Notes: a model not told the origin generated them from the sequence alone. A stretch of DNA of 64,000 bases from Schmidtea polychroa (GCA_044892525.1 CM097886.1:9300001-9364000); one strand, 5' to 3'; positions 13,016 to 26,297 are shown, counted from the first letter of the stretch. Made by a program: numbers and translations.

Positions 13016-13340
13016 AAATGAAATCACCATTAATATTGTTTGCCGTAATACACAAAGGCACAAAATAAAACAAGTCCAATTAAAATCAATAAAAACACTT
13101 ATTTTTTAATGAATGGAATCTTAATCCCTTGTTATTCAATTCAGTCATTTGCTGTATCAATAATAATTCCTTATTCCTTCATGCTTTTGAGTCCTATATA
13201 AATATGTGGAAATATATTAGGCATAATGTCATAAACATGACTCGTTAATATAGGTCCAAATGAAATCACCATTAATATTGTTTGCCGTAATACACAAAGG
13301 CACAAAATAAAACAAGTCCAATTAAAATCAATAAAAACAC
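13016..13340. repeat. 83-bp direct duplication flanking a 148-bp copy of the Gypsy protease region at 17841-17988
   Basis: 13016-13098 equals 13258-13340; 13112-13259 matches 17841-17988 with one mismatch seen. Confidence 0.9.
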
Positions 13341-14060
13341 CAAAATAATGAAATCATCCTTCATTTGTTAAAGTTCTTCATTTATTTCAATAGGTTTCGT
13401 GATTTGTTTGAGTCCATATGACACTGCTACTTAGGCTTATGAAGTTTTTATGACTAACATTCTGCGTTCAGTAGTTTTTTAATAGAAAATGTCGAATTTT
13501 CAAAGTAAAAAGTAAGACGAGAAAAGATTTAAGATCTATTGGACAAAACAATTAGAAGAAATCTAAAGGAAATTAGGCGAAATTGTTAACTGATGTTACT
13601 TTTCTGAATTTAATATAAATTAAAGAATTAAAATTGAAAGATAAAAGTTGTTATATAATTAAATCAATTGTCAAAAGATTGAAAACTGAATCGGAAGTCC
13701 GAATTTAATTTTTATGAATTTAATTTTTATTGAATAATTGTATTTCTCTCAAGGTTTCGTAATTATCATTAAATCTAAATTCATTATAATTCTGCGCATT
13801 TGTAATCAGTAAAGCGAAGAAAAAATTGTAACTGCTAATCGATAAAAAATTATTTGTAATTCGTTATTTCTATTAGTCAAAGCACGCTTGGTATCAGATT
13901 AATAGATCTTAAATAGTGTAATTTATTTACAACTATGTACACTTAATAGATTTTTTTTGAACACCATTGTAACGGATAATTAAATTTACTAAATTAATTT
14001 TAATAATAGATTATTTATAATGGTATTTAACAGTAATGATTAATAATTTCCATATTTTAG

Positions 14061-14260
14061 GTAGTTTAGGATTTTCCGTTTATAAATATATGCCTTATGG
14101 GCCAGTCGAAGAAGTGTTGCCTTACCTTTCAAGGCGCGCATTAGAAAATAGAGCTGTTCTTGCAAAATCTAAAGAAGAACAAAATCTATTGTGGCATGAG
14201 TTAATTAGAAGAATAATGACTAATTCATTAATGAAATATCCAAAATTACATCAAGAATAA
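14061..14260 (+). CDS. PRODH: Proline dehydrogenase, last coding exon
   Basis: After acceptor ttttag, reads [30 protein letters not shown], the conserved PRODH C-terminal motif. Confidence 0.93.
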
Positions 14261-14598
14261 GAAAGTAGTAAATTAAAGACCTTTGCTGTTATTTCTCTTC
14301 TGGTAATAATATAAGTTCATTGTTATTGGTTTATTTTAAAAAAGTTTTAAAAATACATTATTTTCATATATCAATATTTTTATTATATTAAAAATGTGAA
14401 AATTCGTTAATGGATTTGACATTTTTCACTTAACTCTTTAGATGCGAGATGCGGTTAAATCCGAATACTATTGAATAAACCTATATTTCTACTTTTCACC
14501 ACCCTTTGGGAAAAGGATTTTTTTAATATATACTAAATGTATTATGTTAACTTGGTTCATGGCAAGGCGGACAAGGCAACCGCTTTGGGCCACGCGCT

Positions 14599-15775
14599 TT
14601 GAGCATTTTTACCCCTTGTACCTGTCACAGATACAACTTTCTGCTATGTGATATGGCAAAAACTTGTCCTGATGCAATGACGTTTTTTGGTATAATTCAA
14701 CAAATCAATGTTTTACTTTCTGCTTTAACAAAACGATGGGCTATCTTTTCCAAGTATGTTCGAAATATTTCAGTAAAACCAGTTTGTGAAGAGATTGGAA
14801 AGCCCTGTAAAAAGTGTAAAGGCAGTGTGAAAATCTAGCAGGCGAAATCTATGATGCATTTTTCGAAGTTGCAGAGCAAAGTTGTGATCCAAAAGATCGA
14901 AGTGATGCAGAGTTATTGTGCAAACAACTTAAGAACTTCAATTTCATGGTTTCAATTGTTTTTTCGGTATGACATATTGTTCCAGTTTAATTACATCAGC
15001 CAAGAATTACAAAAGATTTCTGTCGATCTACCAACTGCAATTGACACCATGGGACATAGTGGCAAATGGTTGAAATATTACAGAGATAGCGGTTTTGAAA
15101 CAGCAATAGCAATTGCAAAAGAAATTGCCAAGGACTTAGAATTTGAACCCATTTTTAAAGAGACGAGAGTGCAAAAAAGAAAAAAACAATTTACATATGA
15201 AGGATAGAAGATGAAGGATTTGGAAATTCACAAGAAAAGTTTCGCACTGATTTTTTTTAGCCAGATTGTTGATGTCGAAGAACAGTCGATTTGAACAACT
15301 ACGAATGCATCATAACTCTTTATAAATTTCTTTATAAATTTCATCAATTACAAAATAATGATCTACTGAATTGCAGTATGAATCTGGAGAAAAGGCTCAC
15401 AGCATGCAAAAGTAAAGATCTTGATGGTTTCATGCTTGCTAAAAGAGTTGCAATCATTGAGTTCCATAATTCCTGAAGCCACCTACAACAAAGATTTTGC
15501 AGTTTCTGTTAGTAAGCAAGCGTTATAGTGACTTTCCTAACACACACATTGCACTTCGAATACTTCTAACTACTACTGTCACTGTTGGTTCTGGAGAAAG
15601 AAGCTTTTCGAAACTTAAACTTATTAAAACCTATATGCGATCAACAATGATTCGAAATCGGCTCAGTAATTTAGCTATTTTGTCAATTGAGAATGATGTT
15701 GCTAAGAATCTTGACAATAATGAACTTATTACAGATTTTGCAGCCGCCAAAGCTCGCAAGATTTGCTTTTTGTAA
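14599..15775 (+). pseudogene. Decayed hAT (Tip100/ZMYM1-like) transposase
   Basis: CTCHRYNF, TKRW, ALRILLT..VTVGSGERSFSKLKLIKTYMRSTM...RLSNLAILSIE; frameshifted. Probable right-end sequence gggcccc...ctagggccggtcatg near 18900-18961. Confidence 0.85.
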
Positions 15776-15794
15776 GCAAGATTTACTTGTAAGA

Positions 15795-18604
15795 TAAGTA
15801 ATATTGAAACAATTTAAAATTACCTTAATTTTAAATTATTTACAATAAAAACTTTTAAATTACAATATATGAATTAAATATTAATTTAATCCTTATAACA
15901 TCCCCCTCACCGACAATCGAAACGGTATCGTGGGTTTGGATTTCTTGTCTCTTTGGATAAATCTTTTTCTCTTTTGTTTTTACGCTCGATTTTCTTGATC
16001 AGATATTGGTTTTCTTTGTAATACTCTCTATCTCGATTTTTTTTCCTATGTCCTTGATTACTTTATTTTATTGAAGTTTCTTCTTATTGTCTTCCTTAAT
16101 TTATCACTATATAGTATAAATGTCCATTTGTTTATTATTTCCTGAATAACAAATGGGCCTAAGAATTATCTTTCAAAACCTTTTCTGTCTTCGTTTCTAA
16201 CTAGGTCTCCAATCCGTGCTTCCTTATTCCATCGATTTAAATTATACCTTTCTGCAGTTTCCTTCATACTTTTTTCAGTAATACGTCTAAGTTTCTCTTG
16301 AATTGTCTGTATACCTGTCTGTAGTTGTTCTACATAGTCATCATAATTTGTAACATTCTCTCCTAGTACTCGTGTCGGTGCGATTGGAAGTCTTGATTTC
16401 TTTCCGAATACAATCTCGTATGGGGAATGCTTTGTAGTTTTCTGTTTAGTGGTTCTTAGCTTAAATTCTATGGTTAGTAGAATCATGATCCAATCCCTCA
16501 TCTTCCCTTTTTGCAACACCGCTAATCATACTTTTAGCCGTTCCAAACAATCTATCCACCAGACCATCATTTTGAGGATAATATGGTGAAGTGAAGGTTT
16601 TTTGAATACCCAAAACTTGACAGTATTTGAGTAAAAATTGTGATTGAAAGTTACTTCCACAATCCGAGTGTATTCTATCTGGGACACCGAATTTTGATAT
16701 CCAGTTTCTTTATAGTTCTTGCGCAATCTTCAGTGCTTCAGTCGTTGCCATTTGTATTAAACTTATATACTTCGAGAAATAATCGATAATTCCAAGTATA
16801 TATCTATAACCCCCCGTTGTTGCTTTAAAGGATCCTGTTATGTCGATTCCAATAATTTGGAAAGGTCTTGCACCCCCAATGTTTTGTAAAGGTGCTTTAA
16901 CTCGTACATTTAAGTTCTTATTATGCAAGCATTCCTTACAGGTTATAATAACTTCCCGTATCTCTTTATCCATGGTTGGCCAATAAAATTCATTTTTAAT
17001 GGATCCAATTGTCTTTTCAATACCTGTATGCCCTAAACAGGAATGAAACTGCCTAATAATGGAATCTCTTTCCGTTCTTGGTACTACCAATACATATTTA
17101 TCATCCTGATATTTATATTGTACATTTTGTATATTTATTGTATATTTATCATCCTGATATACTCCAATGCTATTGTGCGATGAATCAGTGTCTAAAATAT
17201 ATTGCCCTTTCTAGCTTGGTAATGCCAACAATGGCGGAGAGGACAATAACCTATTTAGCTCATTGAACGCTGCTTTCCTGTCATTCCACTGGAAACTGCT
17301 TTCATTTTTTAGCATCGCACTCAATTTCTCTGAAGTCTCTATAATTTTTAATAAAACGCCTGTAGTAATTGCAAAATCCCAAGAACGACTGCAATTCTTT
17401 TTTTTTGTCTAAATTGCTTCTATTGACTTCTTGTCATTTATTTTTTCATCCTTCGTGAGTTTATTCACTGTGACATTTGATTCATTAATAAAATCGTTCC
17501 ATTTTTCTACATATCCCAAGCCGGTTCCTGCATGAAGAGTTTTCGAACCTCCCTCTAACATGCACATATATACTAATATATACCCATTACCAATACCCAT
17601 TACTAATATATACCCATATGCGATCTTTCTCCAAATCTCATTAAAATCATCAATTTTCTCTCTACGATCATTAACTACCATATCTTTGATGAAATATTCA
17701 CCAACATTGCTAATTTCTATGTTATTCGATAAAATAACTCTATAATAATAATAATCTTGCTGAGCCTCCTCTCTCCTCACAACCGCACTCAGTACGGTTG
17801 TCATTCGTTTAAAGATGAAGCAGGAATTGTCTTAGATAAAAATGGAATCTTAATCCCTTGTTATTCAATTCAGTCATTTGCTGTATCAATAATAATTCCT
17901 TATTCCTTCATGCTTTTGAGTCCTATATAAATATGTGGAAATATATTAGGCATAATGTCATAAACATGACTCGTTTATATAGGTCCAATTAAAAATAAAT
18001 TATGCCGTAACCCTTCGATAAAAGCTTGAGTCATCATTCTTTCCTTGTCACCGTCGTACGCCATACATCATAATCGTATTCTTTTGACAAAATCAACGGT
18101 ACTTTCGTTTCTTTCTTGTATTGTATCATTTAATATGTCGACTATAACCGAAGTTTTCGACTTTTTTTCACTCATTAATTTCGTAATCTTATCGGTGTAC
18201 CACTTTTCTGCATCTTTCTCTGCCATGCAATCTACTTCCTTTATTACATCTTCTTCGAAGTATTTTAGGAAAACCTCCTTTTCTTCGTCTGCTGTTACTA
18301 AATTATGTTCCCGGAACTGCTTTACAAAATCTTGTACTTTCTTCAAATGTTTTCTTCAATCTTTTCGTTACTTCCAACTTTGAGAGTCTTTCATTAAATA
18401 GAAATTCTTGTAAGTATTCCTTTTTTGCTCATGACACCATGTTATATATCTATAAAATTATAAGATAAGAAATAGTTCAAAATATATATTCCAATAAATA
18501 AGTATTATTGAAACAATTTAAGATTATGTTAATTTTAAATTCTTTACAATAAAAACTTTTAAATTACAATATATGAATTAAATATTAATTTAATCCATAT
18601 AACA
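15795..18604 (-). mobile_element. Decayed, internally deleted Ty3/Gypsy element with short LTRs
   Basis: LTR 18440-18604 (TGTTATA...TATAACA) and partial LTR about 15795-15900; PBS TGGTGTCATGAGC (18427-18439); PPT at 15901-15908; gag, protease, RNase H and integrase (HSCLGH, CKEC, GIDITG) fragments. Confidence 0.88.
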
Positions 18605-19249
18605 GTAAGTTGTAAAACAGGGTGGAAGTAGAAGATACAACCAAACCAACGCTAGTGTATATAGTTTATAATGTAGAGTTATATATGAACTGTCAATTTG
18701 CATGCCAAAACAAAACATTTTAATTATTAATTTTTTTTTTGAGTTTTATGATCTTCAGTTAAATGTATAAAGCTGTAATTATTGATGTGTCAACGCTGTT
18801 ATAGAATAAAAATTTAAGTAATTTAATTTTCTATTTCCCATTATTTAAATATATGTAGAAATGCAATTTTTTGCATGGGTTTCCTTCTCGTCTGATGCCT
18901 CGGGAATGGGCCCCACTCACCGTTTGCTGCCTTGGGCCCCTCATACCTAGGGCCGGTCATGATTTGGTTGTTCTGCACGTGTTCTAAATTTTCAAATCAC
19001 AAATATATATTTAACTTTTTTTTGACAGATAATTGACACATTTCCTGACTTTTTATGAAATTTAATTCTGCACTTAAAGGGTTAAATAACAAACTTTAAG
19101 TAGCATACTGTGAGGAAAACGTCATTCGCTAATTTGAATTTATTAGTAACCCATACCAGTACCGGGTTACCAAATAGGTAGTGTTAGGTTGGTGAATTAT
19201 TTTAAAATAACACAGTTTATTTGTTCTGACTCCAATTAAAATATACGCG

Positions 19250-19900
19250 TGTACGTAATATAAAATAAATAACGAATGTTTTTAAATATTTATTTCAAAA
19301 CAGATGTTTTACAAAACTTATTTACTTTTTACAAATAAACACTGGTTGCTTGCTAAAGAATAGATAACGGTTATTCAAGGCTGGCCCTAAATGCACCAAC
19401 AACCAGATATAGGTGACAAAAAAAGACGAGGGTGTTACCAAAATTTAACCGCGATATTATCAACCCAGAAAATTGGTTAATACTTTTGTTGTAAATGAAG
19501 CGAGACAGCTACAAAAACGTATGCTGACGCCGTGACCCTTTTGAATTTAATTAATTTAACTAAAATCTAAATATTTACCAAATGGATTTCTGAATCTGCT
19601 AAGGGCCACAAATATCAACACTATTTTCTATGAAAACTTCCTCGATTCCAAATTTTAAATTGGTTTAAACCCGAAATGTTCCTAATAGGTAATTGAAATT
19701 ACCAATATCAAAATTCCAAATGAATATAATCAATAAGATCTCTGTTGTACGAATATTTTCAAAATATAGTGATTGTGAGTTCTGCTCAATTTTGTTTCTA
19801 ATTGATTTTCACCAACACTTCTAATTTAATTTTTGAGACTAAATTTGCTTGAGTCAGAGTTTGTGTATCTCTCTCTACTGATTAATTTTGCTCGTCTTAG
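19250..19900 (-). mobile_element. Diverged LTR relic related to the LTR at 54257-55260
   Basis: caaggctggccctaaatgcaccaacaaccagatataggtga...aacccag...cagctacaaaaa resembles 33430-33604 and the reverse complement of 54930-55110. Boundaries approximate. Confidence 0.7.
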
Positions 19901-19945
19901 TTTTTCTATCTAATTGATCTTTTCAATTGAAATTTCTAGATGTAT

Positions 19946-20563
19946 TTACAAGGTTTCCCAGGCCAATTTGGCATTTTTTCGTCGTGTTTGACATCGTTGT
20001 TTAATCATCCACGATTCTCGACACTGAACAGGGTATCTATGCTGACAGGGCAATTCAGACACTTCATCGGCCACCTCATAATCTGACAGACAAATGGAAC
20101 CTGTATCATTAGCTGCGGTGATTTTCTTGACTTGTATTTTCATTTGCCCGGACCACTTCATCAGGACCACTCTGTTCAAATTGATTCATAATACTTTTTA
20201 CAAAATTGTCGAAACATTGATCTGAAAATATGTAATCTGACGAATCGGATCTAAATTCCAGTGGCACCAAATAAATCCACCAAATAAATTTGATATTAGT
20301 TGGTCACAAACACTATTTCTGTTATCAGGATCTCTCGGAGTAATAAAAAAGGAACCATCAGTTTCGTTTGTAGTTCTTCCACCAGGAATATGACGAATAA
20401 GATGAAAAACATTCAAGGCATCATCATCACTTTCCATTGAGTTATCAGATTCAAATCTTTCAATAAATCCATCATTGTACGTCACACATTTACCATCCTG
20501 AGATGTGTGAACGTCCCTGTTGCATTTATGATCATAGTAATTATCTGTATTAATTGAAGCCAT
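19946..20563 (-). pseudogene. Decayed RNF115/RNF126-type E3 ligase copy (N-terminal zinc ribbon plus RING-H2), apparently intronless
   Basis: YYDHKCNRDV...CVTYNDGFIERF resembles the RNF115/126 zinc ribbon; SICLSDYEVADEVSELPCQHRY..QC..SW...RCQT.R is a RING-H2 with several ligands lost; frameshifted. Confidence 0.75.
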
Positions 20564-20713
20564 TAAATTCCCAAAACATCAGAATATCAATTTTATTAAA
20601 ACGAATCACAAATTCAAACTTCACCACCACTCTTTAAAATTTTAACAAAATCAAAACCTTTCCATAAATTCCAGCAAAATCCGAAAAAACTCAAATAATA
20701 ATTCGACAGTTGG

Positions 20714-20778
20714 TCGCGTCTGTGTGCGCACAGAAATCAAAAACCAAAAAAAAACGCTGACAACGCACACAAACGCGA
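20714..20778 (-). promoter_or_regulatory. Third CGCGTCTGTGTGCGC hairpin unit, upstream of the RNF-like copy
   Basis: Arms at 20715-20729 and about 20764-20777; loop A-rich on + (T-rich on -). Confidence 0.55.
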
Positions 20779-20829
20779 GAAAACTCAACCGATAATTAAC
20801 CAATCGTTTCATCCATGTTTGACATTTAC

Positions 20830-23175
20830 AAATACAAAATTTGTTGATATATCACAACATATTCCTCGTGTATCCTACGCAATCCTTTATTGTAATCAAA
20901 GCACTTCCATTTTTAATTATTCGTGTTATCCGCAACAACATCAAATTCATTTTCAATATCCATAAAATCAATTAATAAAATTACCAAATAAAATTACTTC
21001 ACTAAAATTAATTTTATTCACAAACTGCGCTTTTTTCGTAATATTCAAACAAATATCTTCGAGGCTTTTATTTTAATTTTGATGCTGATTTCAAATGCTG
21101 GTTTAATTTATTTTAATCTTTAATATATTTTCATTTATTTTCATATTTTAAACTTATTTTAATTTATTAATTTTAATATTTATATAAAAATTTATGTAAT
21201 CTGATAAATACAATTTAAATGTTTATTGGCAATGTTCCGTTTTAACTTAAACGTGAATTCTACTCTTTCATCCCCCTTCTTTAAATTCTGTAATCTTTTC
21301 AATATTCCTGGTTAAAGACTTCTCACTTTTATCTCTCAGCATGTAACTACGATCGTGTATTCGTTTTGTTACCGTGTATGGTCCTTCATATCTATCTTGA
21401 TCCTTTTTTCGTATTTATCGTTTTATTACCACTTTGTCTCCAACAGTAAAAAATGGTATTGGAAATATTGCAGTTGTTGTTTCGTATTTTACTTTCAATT
21501 TTCAATGCGATATCGTTCCTGTTGATTCTACTATCATTATTCCATTTTGATCTATCAATTTTCCTACCAAAAATAATTTCAGCTGGGCTTACTTACCTCA
21601 ATTTGAACTTTTCCTATAGTCTCCAATTTACTGTCATTTGCACACCTTAGCATTTCATCTGTTTTTATTATCTCGACTTTGCCAAATTTATCCAGTACTG
21701 CTTTAGACATTACATTAATTCGTGCTCCTGTATCTAACAGACACTCTATTCCACGAACCTGAATTTCAATTGTTATACTTGGTCTACCTTGCATTTTATG
21801 ATAAGTAATACGAGGTCCTTTCCATTCGTCTTTTGTAAATATATTTTGTTCCACTTTGTTCTATATACTATCGGAAATTTATTAATATACATTTCAAATG
21901 AATTTTTTAGGAAACTATATATTTTTTTCTCCTGTTCTTTCATCGCTACACATAATTTTGCTGTTTTTATTTCTATGATCTATACTGCTACTTTTATAAA
22001 CATTAAAATTAGTTTTAAACATATTAAAAAAATTAAAATTTTCTACACTATTCAAATTATTTACATTATAAAAATTATTTACATTATTTTAAAACCAGCA
22101 TTTTCATCAAAATCAAAATTACTTAATAAATGGCTCCTGTTATCGCCTCCTGTCATGGAACTTCCTCGTTTGGGTATTGCGTTTCGTCGTATTTCTCTTC
22201 GGCTTCACTTGAATAATTCAGTTTATAGTTTGCATCTTGATTTTCAATTGCTGGTACCTCTTTTCTGTTATACTGATTGTTCTGTTGAAATCGGCCCCTT
22301 TATTTAGATGTGCTGCATTATTTCTTCGGCTTAAATCTTTCTAGATTTGTATAGCATTCAGTTCATCGTATAATGGTTTATCCAACAGTGTTGTAACAAG
22401 AATCATCTGCATCTTGATAGATGCTTTTGTAATATTAAAATATTTTTGGCATTCATTGATGAATTCTTCCAGGTCGTCGTCTCCGTGGAATGTTTCTGGT
22501 AGCAACCTGCTAATCAATAGATTTGTTGGCGTGGTCGCCATGTTAGCGCAACAACATCAAATTCATTTTCAATAGCCATAAAATCAATTAATAAAATTAC
22601 CAAATAAAATTGCTTCACTAAAATTAATTTTATTCACAAACTGCACTTTTTTTGTAATATTCAAACAAATATCTTCGAGGCTTTTATTTTAATTTTGATG
22701 CTGATTTCAAATGCTGGTTTAATTTATTTTAATATTTAATACATTTTCATTTATTTTCATATTTTAAACTTATTTTAATTTATTAATTTAAATATATAAA
22801 AATTTATGTAATTTGATAAATAAAATTTAAATGTTTATTAGCAATGTTCCGTTTTAACTTAAATGTGAATTCTACCCTTTCAATTCGCATTAGATCGACT
22901 TCATTTGTAAGATCGCGCCTTTTTACATACTCTTTCCATTTGCTAAAAACATTCTCAATGAGATTAAGAAATAATGAATATGGTGGCAGGAATTCAAACT
23001 CAAACCCGCTACTCCGAATCTCGTCTCTTATACTGGCATGCTTGTGGAATGAAACATTGTTCATGATCAGAATTGCACTTGTTATTCCACTTCCATGTAA
23101 GGTTATCAATGTACGAATAAAATGTCCGAAGCTTAAAGTGTTGAATACCACAGACCGTTGATGATATACTCGCAT
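20830..23175 (-). pseudogene. IS630/Tc1-like transposase remnant split by the LTR element
   Basis: MNNVSFHK...FLPPYSLFLNLIENVFSKWK...DLMR at 22883-23175 continues as IIKNGSALITIKDCVGYTRNML on the other side of the insertion (about 20830-20923). Confidence 0.8.
20924..22882 (-). mobile_element. Complete non-autonomous Gypsy-derived LTR element (1959 bp) with 5-bp TSD
   Basis: LTRs 20924-21270 and 22541-22882; TSD ATTCG on both sides; PBS TGGCGACCACGCC; PPT AGAAGGGGGA; gag start (LPETFHGDDDLEEF), protease (LLDTGA) and integrase tail, but no RT or RNase H. Confidence 0.93.
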
Positions 23176-23482
23176 ATTGATATGTTTCGTGTTCTAATAT
23201 TGGGGACGTTCCAGTATTAATTTTATAACAGCTGCGATTCCATGTTTAATTCACAATAAGAAAAGCTTTCAAAATAAATTTCAATTTGTAAAATCAAAAA
23301 CGCACTCCAATTTAAATTGAAAAATAACTGGCAATATTTTTCCAATTGCAAACTGATTCACTAATCAAATAAAATTCAAATTCTCCATATTTGAAATTTG
23401 CTTTGAAAACGTTTGACTAAATTATATTACTTTCAACTGCAAAGAGCAGGCATATAATAAATTATTATTTATATGGTAAATT

Positions 23483-23670
23483 GTTGACCGGACAGACAAA
23501 AAACCGACTAAAGGTACCCTAGGGGTGGTCACATGGGTGTGAAACATAGCCTATAACTTGTCCCAAGTCAAATGAGGGTCACATGCAAAATTTCAGAACC
23601 CTAGGGCCAACGGTGGTGAATTCTATAGAAAACAAACAAACAAACAAACTTTCATCTTTATATATTAGAT
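23483..23670 (-). mobile_element. Truncated non-autonomous Helitron-like (DINE/Lep1-type) element
   Basis: Minus strand starts ATCTAATATATAAAGATGAAAGT(TTGT)n followed by CTGAAATTTTGCATG, typical of this class; no 3' CTAG hairpin seen. Confidence 0.5.
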
Positions 23671-24157
23671 TTTAATTAATGCTGTTTTAATGTTTGTATT
23701 CGTATAATGTATGAAAAATGTTGATTTGAATTTTTCTTTTTTCTTTTTAGATTCTTTTAGAAGGGCTTATTTTATATTGCCTTAAGTAATGGTCTTGGCC
23801 GTGACGGCTAGTTGCTGATTCCCGGTTTTTCAGTGTGGGTTCTCAACTCGTCCTCACTAGTCAAGACCAGTTGAGATGAATTAATCCTCAGTTGTTGTTC
23901 CATGCCTCAGTATGTTTTATATGTTATCATGATTCGATTTATTAAGTTATCTATTATATAAACAGAATTGTCACTCTCTAAAATCTAAGTTACCTATTAT
24001 AATGATTTCGATACTGTCAGTTCCTCATTATCTAAGCAGAGTCACCATTTGATAGAATTTAAATGGATAGTTCTTATGTAATAAGTATCGCATGCCTTAA
24101 TAATAAGTTAATAAATATCGCAATTTCTAATACTTTCAGCAAACCCAACAGTTAATA

Positions 24158-25025
24158 TTAGGTTGATGCATAATTATCATTTTGTTGAAAAAGGTGTATT
24201 TGTTTATTATTTTTTCATGAAAACGATTTTCTATTTTAGGAAAAGAAATGCGTATCGAAAATCATCTTAATATTTGCCACATTATGCTCTACTACTTCGA
24301 GAAATATTGGAAGCCGTCAGTCATTTCGCAATCTCAACGAAGCTTTCGGCGAGGGAACAATCAACAAAAGCCATGTTGAAAGATGGTTCAAAACGGGCGA
24401 CACAAACCTTGCAGGTGAAGAAGGAAGAGGACGACCATCGGAGTTCAACGACCAGGCTTTATCTAGAGGCATTGGAAGAAGATGAAAGTATGACAACACG
24501 AATGCTAGCTGATCACTTTGATATAAACCAGTCGACGATCGTCTGTGGTCTCAAAAATCTAGGAAAAGTGTGGAAATTGCAAATTGCCTGGATGGGTCCT
24601 CCACGAACTCACCGACAACAGCAAAGCTGAACGTCTACGCATTTTTACTGATTAACTGCAACGAAAAAAGCAAGCTCCGTTTCTGAAGAATCTTGTTATA
24701 GGTGATGAATCATGGCTACTCTTCAAAAACCTCAAAAGAAAGGTTTGCCTGTCGCTGTTTGTTTATCCAGAAGTAATCGACAAAAGTTGTCCACTGTTAG
24801 AAGGCTATTTGGTGTGTATGGTGGGGCAGAAGCGGAATCATTCATGGGGAAATCATTTAAAACGACATTTTCTATTGGTGGAATGACAATGATCAAGGTT
24901 AACGTGGCGTATTCCGGACAAAAATGGCAAGCGGCAGTTCAACATTAACAGCGACGTCTATCTGGCTCAACTGGAGCGCCTTCACGCTGCAATCGAAGCA
25001 AAACGATCACGAAAAAGAACCACCT
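24158..25025 (+). mobile_element. Mariner remnant (left TIR and 5' two-thirds of transposase)
   Basis: TIR TTAGGTTGATGCA; GRPSEF, TTRMLADHFDINQSTI, IGDESW, CVWW, YLAQLERL; many stops and frameshifts. Confidence 0.85.
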
Positions 25026-26071
25026 CATCCGCCATTAACCAAGTGAGAAAATACATTAATAGATTGAGAATAAGATGGCCAAAGTTAATAAAATAATTCT
25101 GAATTCTATGGGACACCGAAATCATGAGATTCGAAAAAATACGAGCAACCGAGTTGATATCGCGACATGGAGAATGCGATAGAGCGGGATGCAAGAAAGA
25201 GTTAATAGAAATAAAGTTACTAAATGAAAAAAGCAAATATTAGAAGTTGATCCTGTTTGTCCAATAGACAAACTAGTGCGAATAATAAAGCAGGAGATCA
25301 TCTAAAATGTTCAAGGCAATAGCGACGAAGGCACGCTAGAAGATATGATAATAATGTACAACCGGCATATGTTAGAAAAAGAAAATCGAACTATAAATCT
25401 GGAAAGATGGAGCAACAATCAATATAATTGCAATGGATGAACCATCCGGTAGAATCAAAAATATGATCAAAACCGATCAAAAGGTTAAGAGATTTCAATG
25501 GAAAATGAGAGCAAAATGGATTGGATACTAGAAATCTATAATCACTGGCTAATGGATGACAAACTACATATCGAAGCATTACATGATAAAGATTGTAAAC
25601 TAACATCATGGAAAAACTGTAAAAATTTCTGTAAAAACAATTAGATAAACAACACTCGACGTATATTCGGTGCAAAGAAACCGGACAAATCGGTGTAAAA
25701 ATTTTTAATTTATTTTTCTAAATCGCATGTATTATATTTGTTGTCTAATCTATCTTTATAAAATTTAGAGAGACACGGTCAGCTGTGACTGAATATTATT
25801 ACTTTATCACTAAGTATATTATTTTATTTAACGATCAAGCTGATAAACTTTCTTTTCTACGAAATCAACACCAACGATGAACCAAATTCAGCTTTTCAAC
25901 GAATTATTTTCTTACATCTCAATACTATCCCAGTAAATCAGTGTCAAAAGTCAAAAAACCATGTTTTTCCAAACAACTTAATAAAAGGAAATTGAATTGT
26001 GGATATTTTAACAGTTCTTTCAAATTTAAATGTTAATCAGTCAATTAAGTGCGAAATTTATTTGTTTACAA

Positions 26072-26297
26072 CAGTGTTGTCCAAACTGTGTGCCGTCTGT
26101 CATTCACTAATTTTTCTAAATTTAAAATTTTTTACATTAAATTTATTTCAAGTAAATAAGTTTTTCATTTCTTATTAAAAGATTAGTAAAAGTGCAATAA
26201 AAAATTGCAAATAAAGCAAAAAAAAAATTTAGGTGTGCCGCGAAAATTTTTAATTCAGCCAAGTGTGCCGTGGCTCAAAAAAGTTTGGAAAGCACTG
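26072..26297. mobile_element. hAT-Charlie-like MITE
   Basis: Ends CAGTGTTGTCCAAACT and CAGTGCTTTCCAAACT (reverse complement) with internal GTGTGCCG motifs; TSD not conserved. Confidence 0.55.
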
